Shown here piece by piece: positions 28,441 to 40,500 of a DNA stretch of 64,000 nucleotides. The notes below the pieces were generated by a model, which saw only the letters and a program-made list of their open reading frames with translations, ran no database searches and had not been told where the DNA came from. The DNA comes from a virus: positions 1 through 64,000 of the IMG/VR virus record IMGVR_UViG_3300037493_005685, one strand, 5' to 3'. Position numbers and translations under genes: made by a program. How positions within the stretch are numbered: position 1 is the stretch's first letter; each line of letters begins with the position of its first letter.

Positions 28441-29272
28441 ATTCTCCTGTTCACATGTAGTTGTAATATTCTAGCGCCTCGTAGGTTGTTTGGGAATCAT
28501 AAAAGATGCGTAGAAAATAGTCTTGCACGTAGTAAGGGCTTAAGAAATGCTGACGGCTGCCCATAGCGACGCTGTGACTAAAGAGTACAAAGTAGCGAAA
28601 TCTGTTTCGTTTCTTACTGTGTAGCGAGCTCATATACGTAGTGCAATGAGGCATGTAGTCATTGTCCATACAAATCCCTCAGCTCCATCATGACGACCTT
28701 AAGGGCTCCTTGCCAGCCTAGGTCGTGTTCTTTAATCAGGTACTCTATGCTTCTGGGGTGGTTTGGGTGGTCCACATAGTAGATGTTAATCAGAGTTGCC
28801 CTAAGATAGTTGTGCGCCTTCTTTAAGAAGTATTTCGTCGCCATGCTCATAGCGTATGGCATGTTCTCGTAGGGCGGAAGTCGTATCACGTTGGTGCCTC
28901 CTCCAGTTTATGTACTTGTAATGCATGTCCCAAGTTATCCCGCCTGTGAATACCCGTGTCGCATTCAGCCCCATAACAAACGCTTCGTTTCTTAACCTGT
29001 GCATAAGGCCAGACATATAAATCTCGTAATTGTTCATGTCTCTCTCAACACCCTGTATTCCACGCGGTGATACCACGTTGAGAAGTTAAAGAGCTTCACA
29101 ACCTCGTCAGCGTCGTAGATGTTGTGTATAAGGTCGAAGCACATAGTTCTAGGCGTGGTAAACATTACGAAGTCAAGAAGCTCATCTAAGGCTACGCGTG
29201 TGTAGGTTGCCATACTCAGACCTCAAGAATCTCTGCAGCGTCATACACCCGTGAGACTGAAGCAGCATTCGC

Positions 29273-29626
29273 TTACTTAGACGTTGAAGGAGTACTTTGC
29301 TCGTCTCGAACCTCAGCTGCTCCATCACCTTCGTTACTAGGTTGTGCCTGTACACGCTCCAATATCTCCTTCATCATTTTGGCTGTTGCGTCGTTGGGGA
29401 AGGCCACGGCATTGGCCTTATGGCATAGGTATTCGTTGCAGATGTCAGGGCGCTCATTACGCGGTAAACGACAGCCTGTCTCGGTGTTGTTGGGGCAGGG
29501 CTGCCAGTAGGATTGGTTGGGATACTGGGCTGTGAGCTCGTCTATATCCCGCCAGTAGCTGCAGCATTCTCCGCAGGCTATGGGACAAGAGATGTCAGCT
29601 GATTTTATTTCTTCGTCGTTGGGCAT
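29273..29626 (-). CDS. CxxCxxCC (YkgJ/UPF0153-like) metal-cluster protein
   Basis: CPIACGECC...CP...GC...RPDICNEYLC. Confidence 0.7.
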   Translation of the reverse strand: MPNDEEIKSADISCPIACGECCSYWRDIDELTAQYPNQSYWQPCPNNTETGCRLPRNERPDICNEYLCHKANAVAFPNDATAKMMKEILERVQAQPSNEGDGAAEVRDEQSTPSTSK

Positions 29627-31083
29627 TGTGCTTAATTCCTTTCCACATGAGTTCTAACCAGAATCTACCTGATTGTATGTAAGACCCAGCTAGTTTGGGC
29701 TTATCAGGACAGTATTGATACGGTGTGTATTCCCGCATATGAAAAGCTTTTTCGCTTATTAGGCCCTTCATGTTAGCGATAACCTGAGCAGAACGCTCTT
29801 CTTGTAGTGTTTTTATATCAGTCATCTCTTCTGTTCTAACCTCAACCACTCATCTCTTAGTATGCCTGAGCAGGCACGGAAGGCTATGTTATTTCCGCGC
29901 TTGTTGGGGAACCACTCACCAGCCCCGTATACATGGTGGGTTTGTAAGTCCCTACGTAGATTATATAAACGAACCTTAATGGTTCTCAGGGCTGTGTCGG
30001 TGCTTAAGTTTGGATATCTTAAAGGCTCTATCATTCCTCCCTCCAAGCCCACAGGTAACTATAAGCAACCACTAGGTTGTAAGATATGTTTATAAAGCAG
30101 TTGCGCCTATTGACCCAGCGAGACTCGGGGTACTTATTTGCTAGGGGTAAAGACTTCTCTAGCGTCCACATAAGATTACAGATTGTTACGTAGCCTATGC
30201 CGTCTCTGATCATTTAGCCTCCTACGACGCTTGCGCTCCACATAGACATACAGGTCCTTCAGTGAGCTGGCGCAGTTACGGAAAGGAGTATCAATCTCCC
30301 AAGCAAGAGAAGTAATCTTTCCTTGTAGAGCACAGAGTTGCACCCAAAACACTGAGTACTGCGCTCTACGTAGGTCGCGTATTATGTAACGTAGCTGCGT
30401 CATGTCACCCATTATCCACCACTATATGCCGAGAGATACAGCTCCGGGTGTCACAGTTGCATGAGCTCTCTTGGGTGTTGTCGTCGCTGTCTTCCCCTAC
30501 GCACGTGAACTCCCACTCTAGGCCAAGCACGTCTTCTACATATTTTAGTATCTCGTCCTTTATGCTTTCGAAGTTATACATCTTAACGCTGTTGTCGGCG
30601 AAGTAGAGGTAGTCATCGTTGGGCATGGAGTTGTCTTCGTCAAAACCCTCTGTGAGCAACCAATTATACCAACCCTTATCGAAAAGAGTTGTTGTGCCGT
30701 TGTTAAGCTCCTCTTCTGCTTTGGCGTGAAGCCATACATAAAGCTGCACCATCTCTCTTGTCTGGCCATTACCGTGAATGATGAACACGAAGTCGCTTCT
30801 GTAGCCCATAGCTCACCAGCCCCTCATAATGAAGTAGCGGTCGCGCTGCGCTTTGTTGCACGCCTTAAAATTCTTTCGGTATTCTTTCTCGAGCATGGTG
30901 GACACAAACAACGCCGACACTTGGTCAAAGAGCTCTCGTCGTACGTGCCTGTACCACCCAACAATATTGATGGGCAACGCTGCCCTGTCGCTAAAATCCA
31001 CCATGTCGTTACCTCCTCAAAAGTGTTTAGCATTTCAGGTGCTTATACCCCAACCCTATCATTTCTTTCGGAGGTAACTAAGC

Positions 31084-31710
31084 ATGTTAATGGACGAACA
31101 GAAAGTGTCAGTGAAGCTCTCGCTCTTGGAATTCCAAAGCAAGCGAACCTATGGGCTATGCATTAGACACAAGGAAGACGTGCTGGGCTGGAGAATCCTG
31201 GCAGCTATCGTTCGCTTTCTCACCGTAGGTAAGGTCAACCTTCTCGAGAAGTTCTGGACCACCATCGGTAACGTTGTGTACGTCCCAAAGCGCGTAGACC
31301 AAAATGGAAAGAATCTCCGGTTTGGAGACCTTCCATTCGCAGACTACCCGGCACTTAGGCACGAGCTCTTCCACGTGGCACAGTTCTATAAGTGGGGCTT
31401 TCCGTCGTTTCGAGGTGGGCGTGCTATCGGCGTTGTGCTGTTGGGGTTTTGTTACTTCTTTGTGTTCTTCCCTGTAGGGCTAGCTTATGTGCGCTACAGG
31501 CTGGAACGAGAAGCGTACCTGGAGGGTCTACTCGCAGCGAGGTCTATTGGGCTAAACATTCTTCAACGGAAGGAGAAGGCGATTCAGTATTGCTCGGTGT
31601 CTCCGTACTATCTGTGGATGTGGCCGTTTCCTCGGTCGGTGCGTCGATGGTTTGAGACGCAACTGGACATACGATCCCACAGTGCGCTTCGACCTTCTCA
31701 AGACGCATAA
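31084..31710 (+). CDS. HExxH metallopeptidase-like membrane protein (DUF4157-like)
   Basis: LRHELFHVAQ and LEREAY; hydrophobic segment; lone plus-strand gene with GGAGG SD. Confidence 0.7.
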   Translation: MLMDEQKVSVKLSLLEFQSKRTYGLCIRHKEDVLGWRILAAIVRFLTVGKVNLLEKFWTTIGNVVYVPKRVDQNGKNLRFGDLPFADYPALRHELFHVAQFYKWGFPSFRGGRAIGVVLLGFCYFFVFFPVGLAYVRYRLEREAYLEGLLAARSIGLNILQRKEKAIQYCSVSPYYLWMWPFPRSVRRWFETQLDIRSHSALRPSQDA

Positions 31711-34529
31711 AGATTTCGTTCAGGCAGCGCCCAATCTCATCCATCATAGCGTTCGTGTTCTTCTTCAAGCCCACGTTGATGTGCATGAGCTTATCGTTCA
31801 TCTCCTGCAGACCCTCAAGAGCCTCAGATAGCTTCTTCTCTTTGGCCTCTTTGGCGGCGTTGGTTTTGGGTTCGGACGTGCGGATAATTTTTCTTCTGGT
31901 CATAGCTCCCTCATTCTGTTTGCTAGTTGTCTGTACCTAAAACTGTACATACCGTGTTGGTTGTAGAACCTAACAAGAAATTCGGATTGTGTGAATGGGT
32001 ACACCTTGCAATAAAGTATGGACGTCAGCCAGAATAGAATACTTTTGTCGTCATTCATTCTGATCTCTGTGCCGTAGCTCTTTGTATAACAAGTCTGCCT
32101 CGATGCCAACCAGCCCAAACAATCTTTTCAACTCGAGCTTATCTTTGGTTCTATAACGGTTGATATGATAACGCAGGTGGTGCCTAACATGGAAGACCAT
32201 GTTGGTTTTTCTGTAGCTCAAAAGCCCCTCGCTTGTTCCTGGCATAGTTAACTCCGTCATACAGATAGTTATGTAAGTGGCGCCTGCACGCCTCCATATA
32301 CTCTGGGGCTTCAAAGGGATGTTTGGAACACTGGCCGAATAGCACGCGCACACCCAAGTAGATGCGGCAGTGATTGACACACATGTTTTTATTTTGGTCG
32401 TGCACCATAACGTAGCTAGTCATCATAGAGCACCTTCTTGAACCAGTCGTTGCGGGAGTTGCGCCAAGAAGCAAGCATGGGAAATTGGTGTTTGTTACCC
32501 ACGTAAACGTACCTAGCAATCTTAAGCAACTCCCAGAACATCATATTGTGGGAGTATCTGACGTAGAAGAGGTTGCTCATCTTAGTGATACGCCTCCAAG
32601 TTATCAAAGCGGTACAAAGACCGAAGGCTTACAACTGCGTCCCTTAACAGGTACTTATGTCGCACATACCATTTAGACTGACTTCGAGGATGGCACCACA
32701 AGTTTAACTGGTCCACATAAAAGTCCCTGCAAGCCAAAGCGGCGTTGTGTTGTAGGTTAATGCGCACGCGTTCCGTGTTCATAGATGTACCTGTAGTTGT
32801 GTTCGCACAGATAGAAGTTACGCTCGAAGATTGAACGGGGGGATTCTGTGTTGCTAGCTATCAAGAATTCATCGGCTTTAACATTGTGCCTATACCCCAC
32901 CCACCATAAGAACTGCTTGAAGGTCTCCATACGCAAGCGGCTGGTTGTGTACAGGAGTGAGTCAACGGCTACGAGATTGGTGGGCATACTAGCTCTCCTA
33001 GCTCTCTGAGGGCCTTGGCTGCACTGTAGTTATGTAGACGTCTTACGTCGTAATTAGAGAATACTGTGCGGGGCCAGTTAAAGAACGCGTACCTACGTGA
33101 GTACTGAAGAGCGCTATATGCTGTGCATTTGTTCGTTAAGTCTTTTATTTTCTTGCCAGAGCTGCTGTGCAACATGGAAGAATACCCCGTAATTCCTTTC
33201 TGCCAGCCCAAAGTTTACAAGGGCGTTGGTGTAATCCTGCGCCTTATGGAATTTGAGGGCCATGCCACACTCGAGCTCAAGCTTGAACTTGAGGTCTTTG
33301 AGTACGGCCATGGCTGGTTCGTTGAGCTCTGCGATGGGAAGAATCTTCTCCCATCTCTCTTTGAAGAGCTCCTCGAGGTTGGTGATTTCTTGTTCGAAGG
33401 CTTGGGTGAAGCTGGTCATCGTAACCTCCCTGGGTTGTCGTTAAAACGCATAGCCAACGTAAAGAAGCACGTACGGCGCCAGATATAGGAGTTCTTACCC
33501 CAGTAGCGCATAACGTTGCCTTTATACTTGTCAGCCTTTTCCCACATTATTTTATTGTACTCGAGCAAGAACTTAGCATCCTCATCAGCCGCCATTTGCG
33601 CGGCTACCTGGTTAAAGACGTGTGTGAGTATGTCCCCTGCATAGTCTAGTAATGACAAGCTAGCCTCGTTCTTATGTCGGCTGTTAGGGCGTGTTTCTTT
33701 ATCTCATGGAAGTTAATGAGCTTGTAACCTCGTAGCGTATACTCAGAGAAAGCAAAGCGCATAGCGTTGCTCTTACACTTGTCTGCTTGAGAGAATGCAA
33801 AGGTTCGCCACTCACTTAGTATTCTAGCGTCCTCTGTGTCTTGGATTTGCTGGGCTGCATACCGTGACCACTCTTTGTTATGGATGCGTGTCAGCATAGT
33901 CATACCTCTGAGTGCCATCAGCATAGTAGCGCAGAAAGATAAACAAACCCTTCATGTCTTCATAGTTACGCCGATAGCGCATGGCGCTGGCCTTGTAAAC
34001 GTTTGCGGTAAACCACATGTGACGCAGAGACATGTTCTTTTTGGGCTCGTCAGGAAACAAGGTGGCGTAAAGAGTGTGCTCTATGGAGAATGTTAGCGGG
34101 TCCATCTCAATGTCCTCAGCGCCTCTAGCTTGTCCACAGGATAAGACAACGCCACCCAAGAGACAAGACCAACTCCAGCTATAAGAGCCAACGAGAAGAT
34201 TGGGTCATCAAACAAGGTGGCACTGATGAGAGTCACAATCGTGATTGGCGGAAGCCAGCGCTGTCGGCGTTGGTGGGCACGGTTATATTCGCGCTCTATG
34301 GATGTCATGAGTCCTCCTTTTTGTTGTTCGCTGACTGATACCAAAAAGAAGGAGAACGTTTTAGTCTTGGTCGATTGGGATGAGCTCGACGTAATTGATG
34401 TGAGTAACGCGCACGGTGTGAGAGCCTATATCTGTATTGGTCACGCCAACGTCGATACGTCGCAGCTTCTTTGTCTTTACCTTGCCCGCGAGCTCTCTTA
34501 GATGCTTCAGCACCATCTTGATGCCAGCG

Positions 34530-34751
34530 TCACTCATGGCCATCGTTGTCCTCGTAGCCTTCCATCTGGGTCTCCATATAATCAAACACGGCATTTACGT
34601 AAGGATTCTCACCGTACCGTATCACAGGGAAGGACAGGGGTGGTGGGAGCATACACTCGCCCTGCCACAGCACGTGTCCGTTAAAGACCATGAGAGGAAA
34701 GATATATTGGCACTTTGTGTGGGCCAAGGGCTTGATTAAGAAACGCGGCAT
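34530..34751 (-). CDS. Hypothetical protein, probably leaderless
   Basis: TAAACT-N6-ATG. Confidence 0.55.
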   Translation of the reverse strand: MPRFLIKPLAHTKCQYIFPLMVFNGHVLWQGECMLPPPLSFPVIRYGENPYVNAVFDYMETQMEGYEDNDGHE

Positions 34752-34782
34752 AGAGGGAGTTTAACGGCTGGAAGCTCAGGCA

Positions 34783-35157
34783 TCAAGGAATAACTGCAGC
34801 AGTCTCTCCATCATCTTTACCGAGTAAAATACGTACAGCCTCTTCACAAGTATTCGAGACTTTGTGAGCTTCTTCGTACTGCATATGCAAGCGCTTCATC
34901 ATCTCACGCTCTGAGAGCTCATGGACGATGATAGCGGAGAGATCCTTGCCAGACAAGCCAGCCTCAATCCAAATCTCATCTTCGGGGATGAACGGATAGA
35001 TGTAATGATGCCCGCCCACTGAGAAGCTTTGGTCGTGAGCTCTAGCTTGGGCACCATCGATGGCGAGAATGCTTACAGAATCGAGAGGGCCTGTTAAGCC
35101 CTTAAGACTGCTAACAGCGTCGTGGACTACTGCGAGGGATGCTTGTTTATTATCCAT
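34783..35157 (-). CDS. HExxE zincin-like protein
   Basis: GGHHYIYPFIPEDEIWIE...IIVHELSE...YEEAH. Confidence 0.6.
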   Translation of the reverse strand: MDNKQASLAVVHDAVSSLKGLTGPLDSVSILAIDGAQARAHDQSFSVGGHHYIYPFIPEDEIWIEAGLSGKDLSAIIVHELSEREMMKRLHMQYEEAHKVSNTCEEAVRILLGKDDGETAAVIP

Positions 35158-35608
35158 TGTAGGTAAAATTACCAATCAAACCACCCGTAAGAGCGCCACC
35201 TGCTGCGCCAGCTAAGCCACCTGCGCCAGCTCCGCGAACACGCGACATACCAAGCGGCTTAGACAGTGCAAGACCACCAAGAACACCCGCACCAGCACCA
35301 ATAGGTAGTCCCCACGTAAGGCCCTTAAGCTGGCCTCTATAACCGCGAGCTATCTCAGCGTCAAACTCAGCCTTAGTCATGCCAGTCTGTTGCTTGAGAT
35401 ACCTATCCTCGAACTCGGCGTCTGACATCGCTATCTTCTCGAGCACAGTGTCAGCAATCTCAGCAGCAGTTTTGTTCATTTTATGCTCCGGTAACACCTT
35501 GATGTCAGGCGTATGCTCAGCCCAACGCTCTGCTGTGCCTCTGGGCAGCTCACCTTTTGATTCAGCCGAGAACATAAAGCGCTGTTGGGCTTTGGATTTG
35601 AATGGCAT
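35150..35608 (-). CDS. KxA-motif glycine-zipper protein
   Basis: Start MPFKSKAQQR after TATACT-N6; NKTAAEIADTVLEKIA; two Gly-zipper helices. Confidence 0.75.
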   Translation of the reverse strand: MPFKSKAQQRFMFSAESKGELPRGTAERWAEHTPDIKVLPEHKMNKTAAEIADTVLEKIAMSDAEFEDRYLKQQTGMTKAEFDAEIARGYRGQLKGLTWGLPIGAGAGVLGGLALSKPLGMSRVRGAGAGGLAGAAGGALTGGLIGNFTYNG

Positions 35609-35758
35609 GCAACAAGTATAGCAAAAAGAAAGACGGCCCCCTAAACCTAAAAACTTTGGTGGTGCTGCTGGTCTTGGCCTAGGGGGCCTGAGGTGTGACA
35701 AGTACGAATATACGTATTCTGCGTCACAATGCAAGCAACTTATTTACGCCGGAAAGGT

Positions 35759-36943
35759 TCAGTCCATGTGATGGGCGAGGTAGGTGCCCACAGGTCTGCC
35801 GAGATAGGAGCCCATAACGTAGCCAGAGGGACCACCAAGCGTGAGCCCTGCAAGGCCACCAACGGCGTCACCGGCAAGACTACCTGCAAGAGTGCGCCCT
35901 AGCTGGTTTAGATGTTCACCAGGGTTAGCCGTAGCAGCTGAGCCTATTGAAGCACCAACAGGGTGAAGCATGGAAGCACCGTAGAGCAGCCCTTGGCGTA
36001 CGTCGCTGTAGCCATCTGCAGCTGTCTCTGGGATATGCTCGTGGTGGGGGTAGTCCATGTAGCTGTACTCTTCGCTGGTCTTGGTTCCGTGGTAGGCATC
36101 CACGATGGGCTGGGAGGCAAGCCACGCAGCAGAAGATGTAGCTAAAGGAACACCAGCGCGCACGCCTAAGTCCATGCCCTTGCTCGCTAAGCCCTTGATA
36201 CCCTTCTCAGCAGCCCAAGGCATCTTGAAGCGGTTGTGCAGCAATAGACCTGTACCGAGACCTACGCCGCCAGATAGCAAGCCAGGAATCAGTGTGGCGG
36301 TAGCTGGCTGACGACGAGCTAAGAAGTCACGAACGCCTTCTTCGCCGTCACGCTTATAAATCTCTTCCACAGCCGGACGAGATGTAACCGCTGATTGTCC
36401 GGCACCAAAAAGAGAGCCAGAAGCAGCTCCCATGTAAGCGCCTCCTGCACCAGCAAGCAAGCCTGCCTTAGGAGACTTCATTAGTATACCTAGAGGAATG
36501 CCCGCAATACCACCACCTGTAACAGCTGAGCCCAAAGCATTCGAGAGTACTTTATAGCGCCTATCAGCAAGCACAGCTTCCTGCTGCAGGTCATGCTCAA
36601 CAGGCACTTCAGCAGTCTTGGCACACAGCTCAGATAAGAACGTAGATATCTTGTCCAGGTCCATAGAAGCTAGCGCCTTATCCTCTGGTTTAGGAACGAC
36701 AGGCGCTCGCTTCAACTTCTCTTCTTGCTGCTGGCTCGTGTTGATGCCAGAGAGACAAGTAGGCCCAGAGATAGGAGGGAAGTTGGCGCCGCCAGCGGTC
36801 TTCTGCGCATCCTCAGCAGCCCACTGGGCCTCACGGTCTCGCTTAGTCTTCTCACGAAGCTTAGCCATGAAGAGCTGGTCTACGCCTTCTTCACCTAGTT
36901 CAGAGATGATGCGCCCGATTTGTCGTGAGGAGCTTGGGTCCAT
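35759..36943 (-). CDS. KxA-motif multi-module glycine-zipper protein
   Basis: TATACT-N6-ATG; QKTA, AKTA and TKTS separate Gly-zipper modules. Confidence 0.8.
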   Translation of the reverse strand: MDPSSSRQIGRIISELGEEGVDQLFMAKLREKTKRDREAQWAAEDAQKTAGGANFPPISGPTCLSGINTSQQQEEKLKRAPVVPKPEDKALASMDLDKISTFLSELCAKTAEVPVEHDLQQEAVLADRRYKVLSNALGSAVTGGGIAGIPLGILMKSPKAGLLAGAGGAYMGAASGSLFGAGQSAVTSRPAVEEIYKRDGEEGVRDFLARRQPATATLIPGLLSGGVGLGTGLLLHNRFKMPWAAEKGIKGLASKGMDLGVRAGVPLATSSAAWLASQPIVDAYHGTKTSEEYSYMDYPHHEHIPETAADGYSDVRQGLLYGASMLHPVGASIGSAATANPGEHLNQLGRTLAGSLAGDAVGGLAGLTLGGPSGYVMGSYLGRPVGTYLAHHMD

Positions 36944-36957
36944 GAGGGAAGTATAGC

Positions 36958-37488
36958 CTAATGGCTATCAGAACGTAACCAACCAGGAAGACCAGCGAGG
37001 CCACCAAGCGCACCGCCAGCAGCCATACCCATACCGGCACCAACAAGGCCACCACCAACGCGACCATGCCAGGGTTTAATGCCGTGCTCAGCCGCCTGGG
37101 CCAACAGTTTAGGCTCTTGTTTACCGATGGCACTAATAGCGGAATTACTACCTAAAGCGCCAGCAACACCGCCCAGACCAGCACCAATACCTGCGCCATA
37201 AGCTGTGCCGCGCCCAGTGCTCTCAGGCGTTGCAAGGGCACCGATACCACCGCCAAGAGCAGTAGCTCCTAGACCAGCAGCTAAAGCAGCGCGTCCATGC
37301 CCTCTAGAGGCAAGAGGAGCAGCTGCTAAGCTGCCTACCAAGCCACCTGCCGCAGTACCGCCAATGGCACCAGAATAACGGTCACCCGCTGAAGGGTCAC
37401 GCTCAGCAGCTTGCTTGGTGAGGCCCAGCTCTTCAAGGGCAACTTTGCACCCGTATTCATACGCCTGCTTAATCATTTCGTCGTGCAT
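36958..37488 (-). CDS. KxA-motif glycine-zipper protein
   Basis: IKQAYEYGCKVALEELGLTKQAA followed by about 4 Gly-zipper segments. Confidence 0.8.
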   Translation of the reverse strand: MHDEMIKQAYEYGCKVALEELGLTKQAAERDPSAGDRYSGAIGGTAAGGLVGSLAAAPLASRGHGRAALAAGLGATALGGGIGALATPESTGRGTAYGAGIGAGLGGVAGALGSNSAISAIGKQEPKLLAQAAEHGIKPWHGRVGGGLVGAGMGMAAGGALGGLAGLPGWLRSDSH

Positions 37489-37560
37489 CTTCTTCCTCGT
37501 AGATGGAGATGTGTAGTCTCTTTGACCACTGAGAAAGTTTAGGACGTGGGAGGGGGAGGG

Positions 37561-40500
37561 TCAATAGCGAGAGCGAGACGCGATAGCCTTGTTACCCAAG
37601 GATCTTTGTGAGGCAGCTAGACGAGCTTCTTCTAGCACACACTTAATTTGGACACTAACTCGTATTACAGGCAGCTTATCTAAGTCAGTTATTCCGTCTT
37701 CTTTTATCATCTTCATAGCTAATAAGTTAGCTCGGTTAGCAATAACAAACCAAGTGCGCCCAGGGCAGCATAACATAAGCTCGCGCCTATCATCCTCCGT
37801 TAGGTCCTTTCTATACAATCTAAGAATAGCCAAGTCTTCCTCGGTGCTGAAATGCAACCGCATTTTTTTGCCTTCAGAGTTACCGAGACGCTTGTTAAGC
37901 TCATAAGCAGCTTTATGGTCCTCTAATGCTTTTCTGCGACGAATAGCGGTGCTAGATTTAAAGGATAGTTTCTTAAATACAGAGAAGTCTAGATTTCGCC
38001 ACTCGAGTAGAAAAGACTCAAAATCAGGTATGATGTCTTTAGGATTACCCTTACCTCCCCAATCCTGTGCCCCTAGAGTATCAAAGGCATCTAGGCTAAG
38101 AACAAAGCCTACACCTGAAAATAACCGCACAGCCTTGCAACTACCAATACGACGTCGTTCCTCTGTAAAGTCCTTCCCCCACCACTCAAGAAGGTCTTTC
38201 ATGTCTGTGTACTTATCACGCTCTACCCAGTCATAAAAAGTCATGTAAAGCCAGCGGTTAGAAGTTTTTCTAGCGTCATCGGTGGCGAACTTAACTTTAA
38301 GTCTGTCTGATATTTTACGCGCGTAAACTACCGTAGGTTTGGGAGGTAGAATACCAAACCATTCATGTAGGTGCCGCCAAGGTAACGACACATAAGTCTG
38401 GTAACCTTTGTTTAGTACTTTAACAGGCATAACCAAACCATTACTACTCAAGGTGTGTTTGAGCTGGTAATGATTAAAACCAGAGCGAGTGTTAGGTTTT
38501 TTACCTGATTTAGGCACGGCGATAATTCTGTCTTTAACGGGCTGGAAAGTAGCTTTAGTACCGTTATGGCACTTACTGTATGCTCCCCTTACTAAAGATA
38601 ATACAGGCGAAATAGGCACACAGAAACATCTCTTCGTCTCTAATAGGTCAGACCCTCGTAAAATTGAGTTTTCATAATCAATCCAAATAGGGTGAAACTT
38701 AGCCGCTAGTCCATCCGCCTCTAACTCCTCCAGCTCTGTGTAAAACATAGATTGCACCGGAATAGAACCGAACAGTAGGGGTACAATATTTCGGTTTATT
38801 CTGTACAAGAACTCAGTGTAACGAAGCATAGAAACGCCGCTACCAGTAGCAGGATGCCACCCAAATAGCTCACACGCTTTTTCTGTTTTAAGTTTAAGTG
38901 CCCGTTTTACAGGGACCAAACCTTTAAGAAAAGTACCAAAATTACCGCAGTAAGAAAGAAAACGCATGTAGCGTGGAAGGTTAACGTACATATAAGGACC
39001 CAGCTCAAAGATATCCTGGTACTTAGATTTCTTAACGACTTTAGTCTCTTTAGGTATGTTGTCATGCGCTACACCAATTTCTGCAGCTAATCTATACAAA
39101 GGAGTGGCGAAAAGAGACTCGTCATTCATACTGGTAGCACGAGGAACTCCTGGCCTAGATAGGTAGGAACCTAGCGCAGAAGCTAAGCTAGCAGTGTAAG
39201 CCATAAAGTATTCAGATGACTGCCTAGAACAACTGGGGGTGATGAGAGTTGAAGGCTCGTAGGCATCAGTACGCGCGTCATTTCCACTTAGTAACTTCCA
39301 AGTATTTGTAGCTAGGTAAGTAACAGCGGGTAATGTGCGTACAAAAGCACCTGAGGGCTCGCAGTGATTAGAAACACGACCAGTAAACTTATGGATACTT
39401 ACCGTAAAGTATAAACGATTAAAGGCATCCTCTAATGAGTCACTACCTACACAAGCCAAGTCACGTAAAACGTCAGCGGTCTCAGGAAACTCAACGAAAC
39501 TATCTTTCACTCTATTAAACAAGAAAGTGCGCGCGTCCTTTGACGAGCCTTGAGCATAACCAAAAATAGCCCCGAGGGATGTATAGATGTGACTCATGAA
39601 TCTAACGTCACGTTTAAGTTTACGCAGAGCGGCGTATTCAGCTACGCCATACATTACGGCGTAACGTGTATGAGTAGTCACGTCTTCTGCGTACAAACGG
39701 TCTACACCCTCACTCTCTATATGGACGTTGTTCCTACCAGGAAGAGCAGCTTTAGCACCGATAGAGGTAGCCCCTATATGGGATGGAATTTTTGCCTCTA
39801 AAGTACCCATAGAGTGGTCTAGGTAAGTACCAGCGTCGAACAGATAAGTACCAGACAAGAAGTCGTAACCATGGCGGGCAGAAGGAACAACACACATAAG
39901 TTGGTTCTTAATTAAGGAAGATAAACGAGACAGAGAAGTAGGGTCGTCTGATTTAAAGGTAAATCTCTCAGTGTGCAACCTGACCTTATTTAGATAGTCA
40001 GTTTGGGATGCCGAATAGTGAGAGACTAAACCAGGGTAATAAACATTGTATTTTTCAGCTTCAGATTGATAGACGCGGTAAAAGTTATGAGGAGTAAAGA
40101 CACTGCGCTTATTGTGGTCGAACCACGCAGCAGAGTGTAGGTGCTTATTAGTAGCGAGGTAAGCGTATAACCGGGATAAGATACACTCATACGCAAAGGG
40201 ATTGTAAGCCTTAACTAAAGGAAGCTGTAGCAGCAGTAGCCAACCCAGGGCAGAAGACGATGGGTAGGCGCAACTGACATCGGATTCCTCCGTAGCGTCA
40301 AACATCGCAGTTAGGTCCATCAGGGCATCTACAACAGAAAACGACATGGCAGGAGAACGGTCCACAGTGAAGAAGATACCTTCTGGGTGCAAGGAGCGCT
40401 TTACATATAGGGCGTTGTACCTATTCTTCGATCTCGCCCAATTCTGCAACGGATTCGTAGCAAAAACAGAGTCAAAGTAGGGGGCCTGCTCTCGGTAGGA

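Larger units (their letters stand above)
28451..34594 (-). other. Array of short overlapping minus-strand ORFs (50-130 aa), mostly unknown
   Basis: Consecutive coupled ORFs rich in R/Y/F/W. Confidence 0.65.
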
